Of a DNA stretch of 64,000 nt, positions 1 to 8,863 are shown piece after piece. Position numbers and translations under genes: made by a program. The notes under the pieces are model-generated. The model made no database searches. It was given only the letters and a program-made list of their open reading frames with translations, and was not told where the DNA came from. Within the stretch, counting starts at the first letter, position 1, and every line of letters starts with the position of its first letter. The stretch lies in IMG/VR virus record IMGVR_UViG_2898615884_000001, positions 20,097-84,096 of that record; one strand, given 5' to 3'. This stretch comes from a virus (taxonomy: Duplodnaviria > Caudoviricetes).

Positions 1-1357
1 CCGCGTCCGCGGACTGGGCGTCGGCGCGGGCGACGTTCTGCCGGGCGCGCGCCACCGCGAGCTCGGAGTTGCGCACCTGCCGGTTGGCGTCGGCGAGCCG
101 CTGCCGCGCCTGCCGCACCTGATCCGACCCCTCGACCCCGGCCTTGGCCGCGGCGCGCTCATCGGCGACCAGCCGCTTCTGCGCCAGCTGCTGCTCGCGC
201 AGCTGCTGGATGGCCTGGTCGTAGCGCAGCTGCGCCTCCTGGCGGGCGAGCTGGTCCTCCTTGCGTTTCTGCTTGGCCGCGGCGAGCTGCTGCTGCGCTG
301 CCGTCACGGCGGCCTGCGCGGCGGCCTTGGCCGCATCCGAGGCCGCCGGATCCGCCGCGAGCTTGGCGGCGTTGGCCTGCGCCTGCGCCACCCCGGTCTG
401 CGCCTGCTGCACCGCCAGGTCGTCCTGCCGCGCGGAGGTGAGCTTCTCCAGCGCGAGCCGGGCCTGCTGCACCGCGAGCTGGTCCTGCCGGATCGCCAGC
501 GCCCCGTCGATGACCTGGTTGCGCATGTCGACCAGGCGGCGGGAGGCGTCCGCGCGCGCCTGGTTGAGGGCCTGCTGCGCCTGCTGCGCGTTGCGCTGCG
601 CCGAGGCCAGCGACTGCTCGGCCTGCCGCACCCCATCCAGGGCCTGCTGGTGTGCGTACCCGGCGTTGCGGAGCGCGGAGGCCAGGGCCTGCTGCGCGCC
701 GGCCAGCGCGAGCGCGCGCTGCTGCCCCTGCACGGCCGACCCGTTCGACTGGGCCTGCGCCGCGCCCTCCTCCGCGATCGCCTGCTTGATCTTGTTGAAC
801 GCCGGGACCGCGACCGCCTGCAACCCCAAGACCCCGACACCCGCCGCGGCCGCGGCGCCGGCCAGACCAGAGATCCCCACGATCGCGGTCGCGCCGACCG
901 GGATCGCCGCCAGCGACAGCAGCGCCATCCCCAGTTCCTGCACCGCCGCCAGCGCGGGTCCGGTGTCGATCGAAACCGACGGCTCCGAACTGGAGGCCGC
1001 GGCGTTGAAACCGGTGGAGAACTGCAGCCCGGACTCCTGGCCGCTGGCGGCCGACTCCGACACATACCGGCCTAGGGCGTTGCGCAGGCGGCCTTGGGCG
1101 TCGCGGGTGAACGTCTCCCCGAACCCCTGGCCGAACTGCTGGCCGGAGTCGCGGCCGCCGGCGTCGGCGTCCCCGTTGAACTGGCGGAAGACGTCGCGGA
1201 GCCGCCCGGGTGATTCGCTGCTGAACCCGTCCCCGAACGCCTGGCCGAACGAGCGGCCGCTGTCGCTGCCCGCCCGCCGGGCTTCCCGGTCGACGTCGCC
1301 GCGGAAACCGGAGGGGTCCGCGCGGACACGGACGAACGCTGTCGCCAGGGGCGCCAT
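1..1357 (-). CDS. Tape measure protein (N-terminal part; runs off the window)
   Basis: ATG at 1357 (MAPLATAFVRVRADPSGFRGDV), long Ala/Gln coiled-coil, open to the edge, directly after the tail chaperones. Confidence 0.85.
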   Translation of the reverse strand, partial: MAPLATAFVRVRADPSGFRGDVDREARRAGSDSGRSFGQAFGDGFSSESPGRLRDVFRQFNGDADAGGRDSGQQFGQGFGETFTRDAQGRLRNALGRYVSESAASGQESGLQFSTGFNAAASSSEPSVSIDTGPALAAVQELGMALLSLAAIPVGATAIVGISGLAGAAAAAGVGVLGLQAVAVPAFNKIKQAIAEEGAAQAQSNGSAVQGQQRALALAGAQQALASALRNAGYAHQQALDGVRQAEQSLASAQRNAQQAQQALNQARADASRRLVDMRNQVIDGALAIRQDQLAVQQARLALEKLTSARQDDLAVQQAQTGVAQAQANAAKLAADPAASDAAKAAAQAAVTAAQQQLAAAKQKRKEDQLARQEAQLRYDQAIQQLREQQLAQKRLVADERAAAKAGVEGSDQVRQARQRLADANRQVRNSELAVARARQNVARADAQSADA

Positions 1358-1360
1358 GCC

Positions 1361-1680
1361 TCACCCCCGTCCGCGGTTCACATCCCGGAGGAAGGCGGCC
1401 TCAGCCGCGCGGGCACGGGCGTCGAGCGGCTCCAGCAGCCGCGCGTCGAGCTTCTCGATCTCCTCGGGGTCGCCGCCGTCGGTGAGGAAGGCGTAGACGG
1501 TGTTGCACAGCTGCCGGGGGGTGAGCGCTACAGCGCCTCGGCCAGCCGCCCCACGGGCACCAGCGTGTCGTCCATGCCCGGCCGCGCCCGCGGCGCCGGA
1601 GGAGAGGAGGAGGTGGCCGTCGAGGGTGCTCCAGTTGTGGGCGGCCCACTGGAGGAGCCGGACGGCTGCCGGGTAGGGCG
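1361..1680 (-). CDS. Tail assembly chaperone, frameshifted C-terminal (T-frame) segment
   Basis: -1 frame overlapping the chaperone: PYPAAVRLLQWAAHNWSTLDGH...LTPRQLCNTVYAFL; no plausible start of its own; ends 3 nt before the TMP start. Confidence 0.55.
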
Positions 1681-2088
1681 GGCGTTGATGACCTCGATCG
1701 CCTGCTGGACGACCGTCATCATCTCGTCGGCCTCGGCCTTCTTGACGGTCATGTCCCGCTCGAAGCGCTTCCAGTCGTCCTCGTGGAGGCAGTCGCGGAG
1801 CATGTCGTAGATCGCGACGAGGCCCTCCATGTCGTTGGCGTCGACGTCCATGGAGGCGGTGTGCGCGAACTTCAGCAGCGGCATGAGGCCGACCTTGTCG
1901 GCGACGCGGTAGTGGCCGCCGAGGCATTCGACGGTGTCGCCGTGGACGACGCCCTCGCTCATGGCCTGGATCTGGTGGGCTTGGGCCTCGGCGTCCTCAC
2001 CGGCGTTGAACATCACCGGCGGGACGGCGCCCTCCGTTTCGGGGACGGTCTCGACCTCGATCATCGGGACGGACTGCAGCTGGCTCAT
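1528..2088 (-). CDS. Tail assembly chaperone (gpG-like)
   Basis: Acidic protein between tail tube and TMP, ending NARPTRQPSGSSSG low-complexity tail. Confidence 0.7.
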   Translation of the reverse strand: MSQLQSVPMIEVETVPETEGAVPPVMFNAGEDAEAQAHQIQAMSEGVVHGDTVECLGGHYRVADKVGLMPLLKFAHTASMDVDANDMEGLVAIYDMLRDCLHEDDWKRFERDMTVKKAEADEMMTVVQQAIEVINARPTRQPSGSSSGPPTTGAPSTATSSSPPAPRARPGMDDTLVPVGRLAEAL

Positions 2089-2090
2089 GG

Positions 2091-2675
2091 TCACGCCCTC
2101 GCCGCGCCGGTCGTCCAGTACTTGAACGGCAGGGACCCGTCGGCCGGCTTCTCGAACGTCCACTCGTTGGGCAGGGTCGCCTTGTCCGCGCCCTTCGCAC
2201 GACTGATGTTGATCTTGCCGGTCTGGAAGCACTGGATCCCCACCAGCCGCTCGGTGGAGTCCTGCGCCTCCCACCCGATCATGCGCCGGACCTCCGAGCC
2301 CAGCTCCGGCGGGGCGAACTCGTTCAGCTGCGTCGCGCCGCTACCCGTGGTGGTGATCGTGCCGCCGTTGACCGCCAGCTTGAAGTTCGTGGCGTGGATC
2401 TGCGCCAGGTCGAACGTCATCGAGATCACGCGGCCGGTCGGCACCACCGCCACCGCGTCCAGGGTCTCGGCCACCTCCACGTTGTCGGTGGACAGCTCGT
2501 AGTTGAACTCCGAGCCCTTGTCGGTCGCGCCGAACAGGCTCCACGCGACGGGCCAGGTATCGGTGAACACACCTCCGGCGACGGTGTTGGCCGGGAACGC
2601 CGAGGCGAGCGGCGCCCAGTACAGGAATCCAGGGCCGAGGGCGATCGCGTTGATCGGAACAGCGACTGCGGGCAT
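2091..2675 (-). CDS. Major tail tube protein
   Basis: 194 aa, GPGFLYWAP...GATDKGSEFNYE pattern, syntenic position. Confidence 0.8.
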   Translation of the reverse strand: MPAVAVPINAIALGPGFLYWAPLASAFPANTVAGGVFTDTWPVAWSLFGATDKGSEFNYELSTDNVEVAETLDAVAVVPTGRVISMTFDLAQIHATNFKLAVNGGTITTTGSGATQLNEFAPPELGSEVRRMIGWEAQDSTERLVGIQCFQTGKINISRAKGADKATLPNEWTFEKPADGSLPFKYWTTGAARA

Positions 2676-2750
2676 GGCGATGTCCCTTCCGGGCTGCTAC
2701 AGCCCTCAGGTGGTGGGTGATGGAAGAGCGCCGCGCTACGCGGCACGGGG

Positions 2751-3188
2751 TCAGATGAGGGCGGGATCAGCCAGCAGGAAGTCGGCGTCGACCAGGTACC
2801 GGAACTGCTCGTGGTTGGACTCGGAGTCGTCGATCAGGAGCGGACCGGAGATGTTGTCGACGGTCAGGCACACCGCCTCGCCCATCGGGGTGCGGGTGCC
2901 GCCGAGCGACAGGGTGTGCAGGAGGGATGCGTAGGCGGTCGCGGCGCGCGCGGCGATCAGCTTGGTCGGCGCGTAGATCGCGGCGGAGATCCGGGCTTGG
3001 TCGACCGGTTGCTCGACGGTGAGGGTCGGGACGCCGCCGACGCGGGTGAGGTAGGCGTAGGCGCCTCGTCCGGGGCTGTGCTGCCGGTTCAGGAAAGCGC
3101 CGAGCTGGAGCGGATGCCCCACGCCGACGAGGTCGCCGGTGCGGGAGTTGATGAAGGCGCGGACGGCGGCCTCGGCGTCAACGACCAT
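2751..3188 (-). CDS. Tail terminator-like protein
   Basis: 145 aa immediately upstream of the tail tube gene, C-terminal RYLVDADF. Confidence 0.65.
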   Translation of the reverse strand: MVVDAEAAVRAFINSRTGDLVGVGHPLQLGAFLNRQHSPGRGAYAYLTRVGGVPTLTVEQPVDQARISAAIYAPTKLIAARAATAYASLLHTLSLGGTRTPMGEAVCLTVDNISGPLLIDDSESNHEQFRYLVDADFLLADPALI

Positions 3189-3345
3189 CAGCGGTGTCCG
3201 CCCGGCGGCAGATCTCGTCGAGGAGGGCCCCGGGGATGAGGTGAATGTTGTGGTGCCAGCGTGCGCGCGTGGCCCGGCGGCCGAGCATGGTCGGGCAGTA
3301 CAGGGCGTGCGCGATCGCATCCAGCCGCCGCCAGCGCCGCTTCAC
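3178..3345 (-). CDS. Hypothetical 55-aa basic protein
   Basis: GTGA overlap with the upstream stop; stop overlaps the next ATG. Confidence 0.4.
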   Translation of the reverse strand: MKRRWRRLDAIAHALYCPTMLGRRATRARWHHNIHLIPGALLDEICRRADTADGR

Positions 3346-3779
3346 AGCTGCATCATCACGTCGAGCGCGGGCCGCAGATGCGGCTGAGCGCGGGTCCCCG
3401 GGTGGCGGACCTTCCGGCCGAACACCTGCCCGGTCTGGCGGTTCCGCAGCGGGTAGTCGCCGTGCGAGGCGATGTCGTGCGGCTCCGTGCCGACCTCGAT
3501 GAACAGCCCCAGCGGCTTCCCGTCGGGAGTGGTCGAGGGGTTCTTGACGTCCACGTACAGGCCCTCGCGGTCGCGGCCCAGCTCCCACCCGATCTGCGAC
3601 CGCGAGTAGCCGGACGGCCGTCCGTGCGACCCGCGGGGACTCACCGGGCAGAGGGTCTTGGCGGCCTGCGCGCCGACCGTCCCGCGCCGCGACAGGTCCC
3701 GCCCGACCGGCCCCTCCTTCGAGTTCAGGAGCCTGTCGAGTTCCGCCTCGTCCCACACGAGCCAACCGCCTACCGCCAC
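3342..3779 (-). CDS. HK97 gp10-like tail completion protein
   Basis: FIEVGTEPH...HPGTRAQPHLRPAL motif. Confidence 0.72.
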   Translation of the reverse strand: MAVGGWLVWDEAELDRLLNSKEGPVGRDLSRRGTVGAQAAKTLCPVSPRGSHGRPSGYSRSQIGWELGRDREGLYVDVKNPSTTPDGKPLGLFIEVGTEPHDIASHGDYPLRNRQTGQVFGRKVRHPGTRAQPHLRPALDVMMQL

Positions 3780-3782
3780 CGC

Positions 3783-4028
3783 TCAGCCCCCCTCGCTATC
3801 CGGTCCTGGGTCGGGTTCGGGCCGGGAATGCTCCAGCCGCCACAAGATCGCCTGGACCTGCCCGAGCGCATCGGCCGCCTTCTCCGGCATCGCCTCGTAG
3901 GCTGCCGGGGTCATGTGCGCGCAGAACCGCGACACCGCAGCGACGAGCCCGGCTACGGGTTCCAGGTCGGGCAGCCGGACCGTGACACTCCCTGGCGCCG
4001 CCGACATGTCCTGCGGCCGGTGCGCCAT
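3783..4028 (-). CDS. Hypothetical protein
   Basis: 81 aa ORF coupled to both neighbours. Confidence 0.45.
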   Translation of the reverse strand: MAHRPQDMSAAPGSVTVRLPDLEPVAGLVAAVSRFCAHMTPAAYEAMPEKAADALGQVQAILWRLEHSRPEPDPGPDSEGG

Positions 4029-4279
4029 CAGGACTTCGCGGCCGCCGTCTTGGCGGCCTTCGCCGGGCCCTGCTCAGCCGGGACGGCGTCGGCGGCGTTC
4101 TGCGTCGCCTGCTCGGCCGCCTGCGCCGCGGCCTTGGTGTCGACCTTGGCGACCTGCTCGGCCGAGTACCCGTGCGCCTCGACGTTCTCGGCGGGCACCG
4201 GGTCGCCCACGTGGTAGGCGCGGACACCGCCGTGCCAGATCTCCTGCAGCGCGACGTACTCGTACTCGGGTGCAGCCAT
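4028..4279 (-). CDS. Small probable virion-associated protein
   Basis: MAAPEYEYVALQEIWHGGVRAYHVGDPV, Ala/Lys-rich tail, SD upstream. Confidence 0.55.
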   Translation of the reverse strand: MAAPEYEYVALQEIWHGGVRAYHVGDPVPAENVEAHGYSAEQVAKVDTKAAAQAAEQATQNAADAVPAEQGPAKAAKTAAAKS

Positions 4280-4293
4280 CGGCGTGGCTCCTC

Positions 4294-4728
4294 TCACAGA
4301 TAGGTGTCGCCCCACGGGACGGGCTCGGGGAAGGCGTAGACGGGCCGGCCGCCGTCGGCGCCGGTACCGGCGTCGTCGCACGCGTCGATCAGCTGCTGCA
4401 GCGCGAGCTTCGCGCGGGCGTCCAGGGTGGTGTACAGGTCGGTGATCTGCGCGTTCCGTTCCGGCCACGCCAGTTCGATGTCGGCGGCGGCGCGCCACGC
4501 GGCGGCGTCGTTGGCCAGGCCGTACAGCGCTTCGGGGATGGACGCCACGGCCGCGCGAGTCTGCGCGACGGCGCCCTCCACGATCGGTTCGACCTCGTCG
4601 GCGGTAGGGACGGTGGTGTCGTTGAAGGTCCCGGCGGGGTTGTCGTTGCCGGGCTGGGTCTGGTCGCGGGTCTTGGTGGGGATCCGGGCGCCGACGTCGG
4701 TCATGCTCGGCGCCCACGGCTCAGCCAT
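4294..4728 (-). CDS. Head-to-tail adaptor
   Basis: 144 aa helical protein (WRAAADIELAWP) in connector position. Confidence 0.6.
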   Translation of the reverse strand: MAEPWAPSMTDVGARIPTKTRDQTQPGNDNPAGTFNDTTVPTADEVEPIVEGAVAQTRAAVASIPEALYGLANDAAAWRAAADIELAWPERNAQITDLYTTLDARAKLALQQLIDACDDAGTGADGGRPVYAFPEPVPWGDTYL

Positions 4729-4951
4729 CGCTCGCCGCGTCGATCATCCGCAGCACCTCTTGTGACTTTGCATCGACGGCTTGAGCCGCTTCGCCCAGGG
4801 CAGAGGAGAAGAGCCGCTGCGTCACCTCGGGTGTGCGCCCCCAAGCCCAGCCGCTACACAGGTCAGCCCATTCGCCATCGCCCACTCGCGCGCGGATGAC
4901 GAACTCGGCCCGCACCGGCGGCGGCACAGTGTGCGGTTCGGGGCGGGTCAT
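4721..4951 (-). CDS. Hypothetical protein
   Basis: TGATG coupling, 76 aa. Confidence 0.45.
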   Translation of the reverse strand: MTRPEPHTVPPPVRAEFVIRARVGDGEWADLCSGWAWGRTPEVTQRLFSSALGEAAQAVDAKSQEVLRMIDAASDG

Positions 4952-5322
4952 CAGCCGGGGACGATCTTCGCGGCGATCGACACGCCCGTCACCGCCGAGC
5001 ACACGACCTTCGCATACCCCTTCGACCCGCCGCCCTGGTCGAACCGGCCGTCGTTGGCGATGTACACCTCCTGCTCATCCGTCGCGCCCATCGTCACCGT
5101 CAAGTCCTGATCAGCGCCGTAGCTCGACGTCACCACCGAATCGATCACCGCGTTGCACGCGGTCCCGGTCGTGCGGATCCGCAGAATCGTGCCGCGGCCC
5201 GACAGCGGGATCAGGTCACCGGTCGTCGCGGTCGCCGCCGCCCAGCCGGCGTCCTGCCCCGCGGCAGCACCGGTGGTCTTCGCACCGACCGGGGTCAGAG
5301 CTGTCCTGGCGAGTGTCGCCAT
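4951..5322 (-). CDS. Probable virion structural (decoration-type) protein
   Basis: MATLARTAL...GDLIPLSGRGTILRIRT beta-rich Gly/Ala/Thr protein after the capsid gene. Confidence 0.55.
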   Translation of the reverse strand: MATLARTALTPVGAKTTGAAAGQDAGWAAATATTGDLIPLSGRGTILRIRTTGTACNAVIDSVVTSSYGADQDLTVTMGATDEQEVYIANDGRFDQGGGSKGYAKVVCSAVTGVSIAAKIVPG

Positions 5323-5386
5323 GGGGATGTCCCTTCTGTGGAGCGGCCCGGCAGCGTGACGGGGTCGCGCGCTGCCAGGCCGCGGC

Positions 5387-5758
5387 TCACTCGCCCTTCA
5401 GGGTCTTGACCAGCTCGGTCTTCGACAGGCCCTCGGCATCCGGGCGTTCCATCCGCCCCGAGCCCACGGCGTACTCGACCCAGGCGTCCTTGCCCGAGCC
5501 CGGCCCGTTCTCCGGCGGCATGCTCGGCCCGCCGCTCTCGGCCTGCAGCGACGCCTGCTCCTCACCCGAGTCCTTCGCCGGGGAGTCGCCGTCGTCGAGC
5601 GGCTCGATCATCTCGGCGTCGACCAGGAACTTCATCTTGTCGCTGGCAGGATCGCCGACGAACACCGTGTTCTGGTACAGCGTGCCCAGCTGGACACCGC
5701 GGTCGGTGTTCATCGGGATGTGCACCACACACGGCGCCAGCACCTTGTACCGCCTCAT
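5387..5758 (-). CDS. Hypothetical protein with C-terminal HeH/Rho-N-like motif
   Basis: KDAWVEYAV...AEGLSKTELVKTL; follows the capsid gene. Confidence 0.55.
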   Translation of the reverse strand: MRRYKVLAPCVVHIPMNTDRGVQLGTLYQNTVFVGDPASDKMKFLVDAEMIEPLDDGDSPAKDSGEEQASLQAESGGPSMPPENGPGSGKDAWVEYAVGSGRMERPDAEGLSKTELVKTLKGE

Positions 5759-5771
5759 GTGTCCCAGCCCC

Positions 5772-6710
5772 TCAGGTGTTCGTGATCTTGATTCCGGCGC
5801 CGGGCTCCTGGATCACCGGGACCGTGAGCCGCCGGCCCCACAGCTCCCAAGCGTCCCGCTTGGCCTTGCGTTCGGACTGGACCTGGATCGCCATGTCCGA
5901 CACGGCGTAGCCCGGGTCGACCTCCGCCTCGTCGGCCATCCCCCCGAGCTCCTCGTTGTCGATGATCCACACGTCGTCCGACGGCAGACTCGACAGCGGC
6001 GCGGGCACCACGATCAGATCCCCGATGATCTCGATACGGCCGTTGTAGACCGGGTTGTCGGTCGCCTCCCGCCGACGCAGCGACGCGATCGTGGGGTCGG
6101 ACGCCATGTAGGCGTACTTGGTGTTGCTCATGACGATGATGTTCGGGTTGTAGCCCTGCTTGAGGTCCACGACCTGCGCCTTGGCCAGCTCGATGTCCCG
6201 CAGGATCATCGCCGCCGTCGCGTTCGCCCACCGGTTCGAACCCGACCCGGTCGCGGCCTGCGTCGCGGTGATCGCCGACCCGACCGCCGACATGGTGATC
6301 CCGTCGACCTTGGTGATGATGGTGTTGACGGTCTTGCGGAGCGCGCGGTCCAGCGCGTCGCCGCCCTTCACCGTCCGCTTGATCGACTCATCAGTGAGGA
6401 ACGTGCCCTGCCCCCACTTCTCGACCGCGGCCAGCGCGCCCGTCCCGGGAGAGGGGGTGTCCATCGGGTACTCGCTGCCGGGCGCGACCGACTCCACCGG
6501 GCGGGTGTTGACGATCGGCTCGGACACCTCGTAGGCGATCGCGCCGCCCGAGGTGCGGAACCGCTGGGTCAGCACCTGATCGGAGATGAACCGCAGGTCG
6601 ACGAAGGTGCGAAGACGTCGGGTGATCTGCGCCGGGGACTGCAGGAGCCTGCTGATGGTCAGCAGGTCGCCGCTGAGACTGGGTGCCCCCGGCGGGTAAG
6701 CGTCAGGCAT
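5772..6710 (-). CDS. Major capsid protein
   Basis: 312 aa after the cement gene; MPDAYPPGAP...VAPGSEYP...KWGQGTFLTDESIKR pattern of actinophage capsids. Confidence 0.85.
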   Translation of the reverse strand: MPDAYPPGAPSLSGDLLTISRLLQSPAQITRRLRTFVDLRFISDQVLTQRFRTSGGAIAYEVSEPIVNTRPVESVAPGSEYPMDTPSPGTGALAAVEKWGQGTFLTDESIKRTVKGGDALDRALRKTVNTIITKVDGITMSAVGSAITATQAATGSGSNRWANATAAMILRDIELAKAQVVDLKQGYNPNIIVMSNTKYAYMASDPTIASLRRREATDNPVYNGRIEIIGDLIVVPAPLSSLPSDDVWIIDNEELGGMADEAEVDPGYAVSDMAIQVQSERKAKRDAWELWGRRLTVPVIQEPGAGIKITNT

Positions 6711-6725
6711 GGTCTTCCTTTCCCA

Positions 6726-6767
6726 TGCGACAGCCCCCGACCCGGTGATGCTGGGCGGGGGCTGTAC
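6726..6767 (-). other. Intergenic stem-loop upstream of the capsid gene
   Basis: ACAGCCCCCG...CGGGGGCTGT 10-bp outer stem with an inner stem. Confidence 0.5.
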
Positions 6768-6790
6768 GGATGATCGTGACGGGGGCCGCC

Positions 6791-7177
6791 CTACAGGGCG
6801 ACGTAGCGGACCTTGGCGGCGTCGGCGGCGGTGTTGAGCGCGATTCCGACGATGGAGCGGGCGTCGTTGATGTCGCCTGCCGTGGCACCGGACGCGGCCG
6901 CCTTGGACGCGACCTTCCCTCCGGCTGCGGCGACGAGCTGGTCGCCGGCGGTGACGGAGCCGGAGCCGACCACTTCGTGCTCTGGGCCGCGCAGGTGGAT
7001 GGTGACGCGGGCCCCGGACGCGGCGTCCGTGGCGAACACACCGATGACCTTCGCCGATCCGGCCGCGGCCGGGCCGACGGTGCTGTCCCCCGACACGGCG
7101 GCCAGGGTGCCGCCGGTGACCGCCGCGGACGTGGTGAAGGATCCCTTGCTCTCGTAAACCGGGATGTAGTCGCCCAC
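6791..7177 (-). CDS. Capsid cement/decoration protein (DUF2190-like)
   Basis: 128 aa Gly/Ala-rich, VIGVFATDAASG...VTAGDQLVAAAGGKV. Confidence 0.75.
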   Translation of the reverse strand: MGDYIPVYESKGSFTTSAAVTGGTLAAVSGDSTVGPAAAGSAKVIGVFATDAASGARVTIHLRGPEHEVVGSGSVTAGDQLVAAAGGKVASKAAASGATAGDINDARSIVGIALNTAADAAKVRYVAL

Positions 7178-7180
7178 GGG

Positions 7181-8863
7181 TCAGGCTCCCTTCGAGGTGG
7201 CGGGGACGGGGCGGGTGAACAGCGAGTCGAACTCGCTGGCGTCGGCCGCCGCGTCGGTTTCGCTACCCGGCGCGCCCGCGTCCTGGACGGGCACCAGGCC
7301 GGGCGCCAGCGACGCCAGCGCCTCCTTGGCGCCGGTCTCGTCCTTGTCCCAGTAGCTCTCCCAGTGGGGGCGGCGGACCGGCGGGAACTTCCCGGCCTTG
7401 ATGGCGTCGTCGAGGGCGCGGTCGCGTGCCTCGCGGCGCTGCTGGGCGCGGGCGGCCACACCTTCCAGGGCCTGCTCGCGGAGTTCGGCGAGAGCGGCCT
7501 CGTCGATCGTGACGGTGCCGGGCGCGAGCGTCTCGGCGGGGTCGGTGGCGGGGGCGGCCGGGGCGTCGCCGCCTTCACCCTCGGGGTCGGCCGGGGCCTG
7601 GTCCTCGGGGTCGCCGGCGGGCGCCGGTGGGGTGGGCGTGATGCCCTGGGTGGTGAGGGCGGTCCTCACCTCGTCGTCGGTGGCCTCGGGAGAGAGCCCC
7701 AGGGCCTGACGGAGCAGAGCCGCATCCATGGGCTCTCCCTCCTGGTTGTGGTTACCCTCGACCGCGGTCGCGGCAGGGGGGTCTGTGTGCGCCTGCTCGG
7801 CGGGCGCGGGGTCCGGCTCGGCGCCGTCCGGGTCGGCTGCCTGCGGCTCGGTGGCCGTGTCCTCGGTCGTGTTCTCGGTCGCGTCCTGGCCTTCGGCTGC
7901 TGCGGCCGGGCGGTCACTGGGACGCGACTCGGCGCGCGAGGCATACCGCAGCACCGGCGGCCGCGACGACGCGGCAGCGACCGCCGCGACCCCGGCAGGG
8001 GCGTCCTCGTACCGCACCACGACCTTGACCGGATCGGCGAAGGTCACAGCATCCTCGCCGTCACCCTCACCGATGGTGACCGGCACCCGCGACAGGCCAC
8101 CGGTGGAGTCGTCCATCACGATCAGCTGCAGGTCGGGGCCGAGCTGCATCTCACAAATCCAGACGTCCCAGCCCGAGCCGTACTCGGAGCTGTAGAACGC
8201 GCGGCGGACGTCATCGGTGGAGACGCCCGCCCGGACTGTGGCGGGGTTGGGGTTGGGCACGGCGTCCTCCCGGGCGGCGTGGGTAGTGGACGAGGCGGCG
8301 GCGCGGATCGTCACGGCGACCGGCACCCCGGCTCCGGCCGGATCAGTAGCGGCGGCGACGTCGTACAGCGCGGCGACGTCCTGGAGGGACTGCAGCGTCC
8401 CGATCCCCGGAGGGACCACGCCGAGCAGCGCGACAGCGGTGATCACGAACGGGTGGGTGTGGCCGAGCTGGCACCGGTGGTCGTACCGGCCCTCAATGGA
8501 CCGGTCGGGGTAGGCGGACGCCAGGAACTGCCCGTCCATCCAGGCGGGCATCCCGGCGTAGTCCCCGACCAATGTCTGGCCGCCCTCGACGGTGGCCATG
8601 TTCGCGATGTAGCCGACGGCGGGTTCGCCGTCCCAGCGCTGCCCGTTCTCGTCAGGGTCGGGCTCAGCGTGGCCGAGCTTGAGGACCGGGCGACGGACGG
8701 CCGGGCAGTCGAGGGCGGCGACAGCGGCGGCGAGGTCCCCGGCGGTGAAGTTGGCGATGCCGGTGGAGATCGGCCACTGCCCGACGTGCATGAGCTCCAC
8801 GTTGGGGACCGTGACGAGCGCGGGCGGCACGGTCACCGTGACCTCGGGCGCCGGGTCGGTCAT
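7181..8863 (-). CDS. Mu gpI-like capsid maturation protease plus scaffold
   Basis: VPNVELMHVGQW...VLKLGH...AYPDRSIEG...VALLGVVPP protease part; acidic helical scaffold C-terminus; ATGA overlap with the portal stop. Confidence 0.78.
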   Translation of the reverse strand: MTDPAPEVTVTVPPALVTVPNVELMHVGQWPISTGIANFTAGDLAAAVAALDCPAVRRPVLKLGHAEPDPDENGQRWDGEPAVGYIANMATVEGGQTLVGDYAGMPAWMDGQFLASAYPDRSIEGRYDHRCQLGHTHPFVITAVALLGVVPPGIGTLQSLQDVAALYDVAAATDPAGAGVPVAVTIRAAASSTTHAAREDAVPNPNPATVRAGVSTDDVRRAFYSSEYGSGWDVWICEMQLGPDLQLIVMDDSTGGLSRVPVTIGEGDGEDAVTFADPVKVVVRYEDAPAGVAAVAAASSRPPVLRYASRAESRPSDRPAAAAEGQDATENTTEDTATEPQAADPDGAEPDPAPAEQAHTDPPAATAVEGNHNQEGEPMDAALLRQALGLSPEATDDEVRTALTTQGITPTPPAPAGDPEDQAPADPEGEGGDAPAAPATDPAETLAPGTVTIDEAALAELREQALEGVAARAQQRREARDRALDDAIKAGKFPPVRRPHWESYWDKDETGAKEALASLAPGLVPVQDAGAPGSETDAAADASEFDSLFTRPVPATSKGA

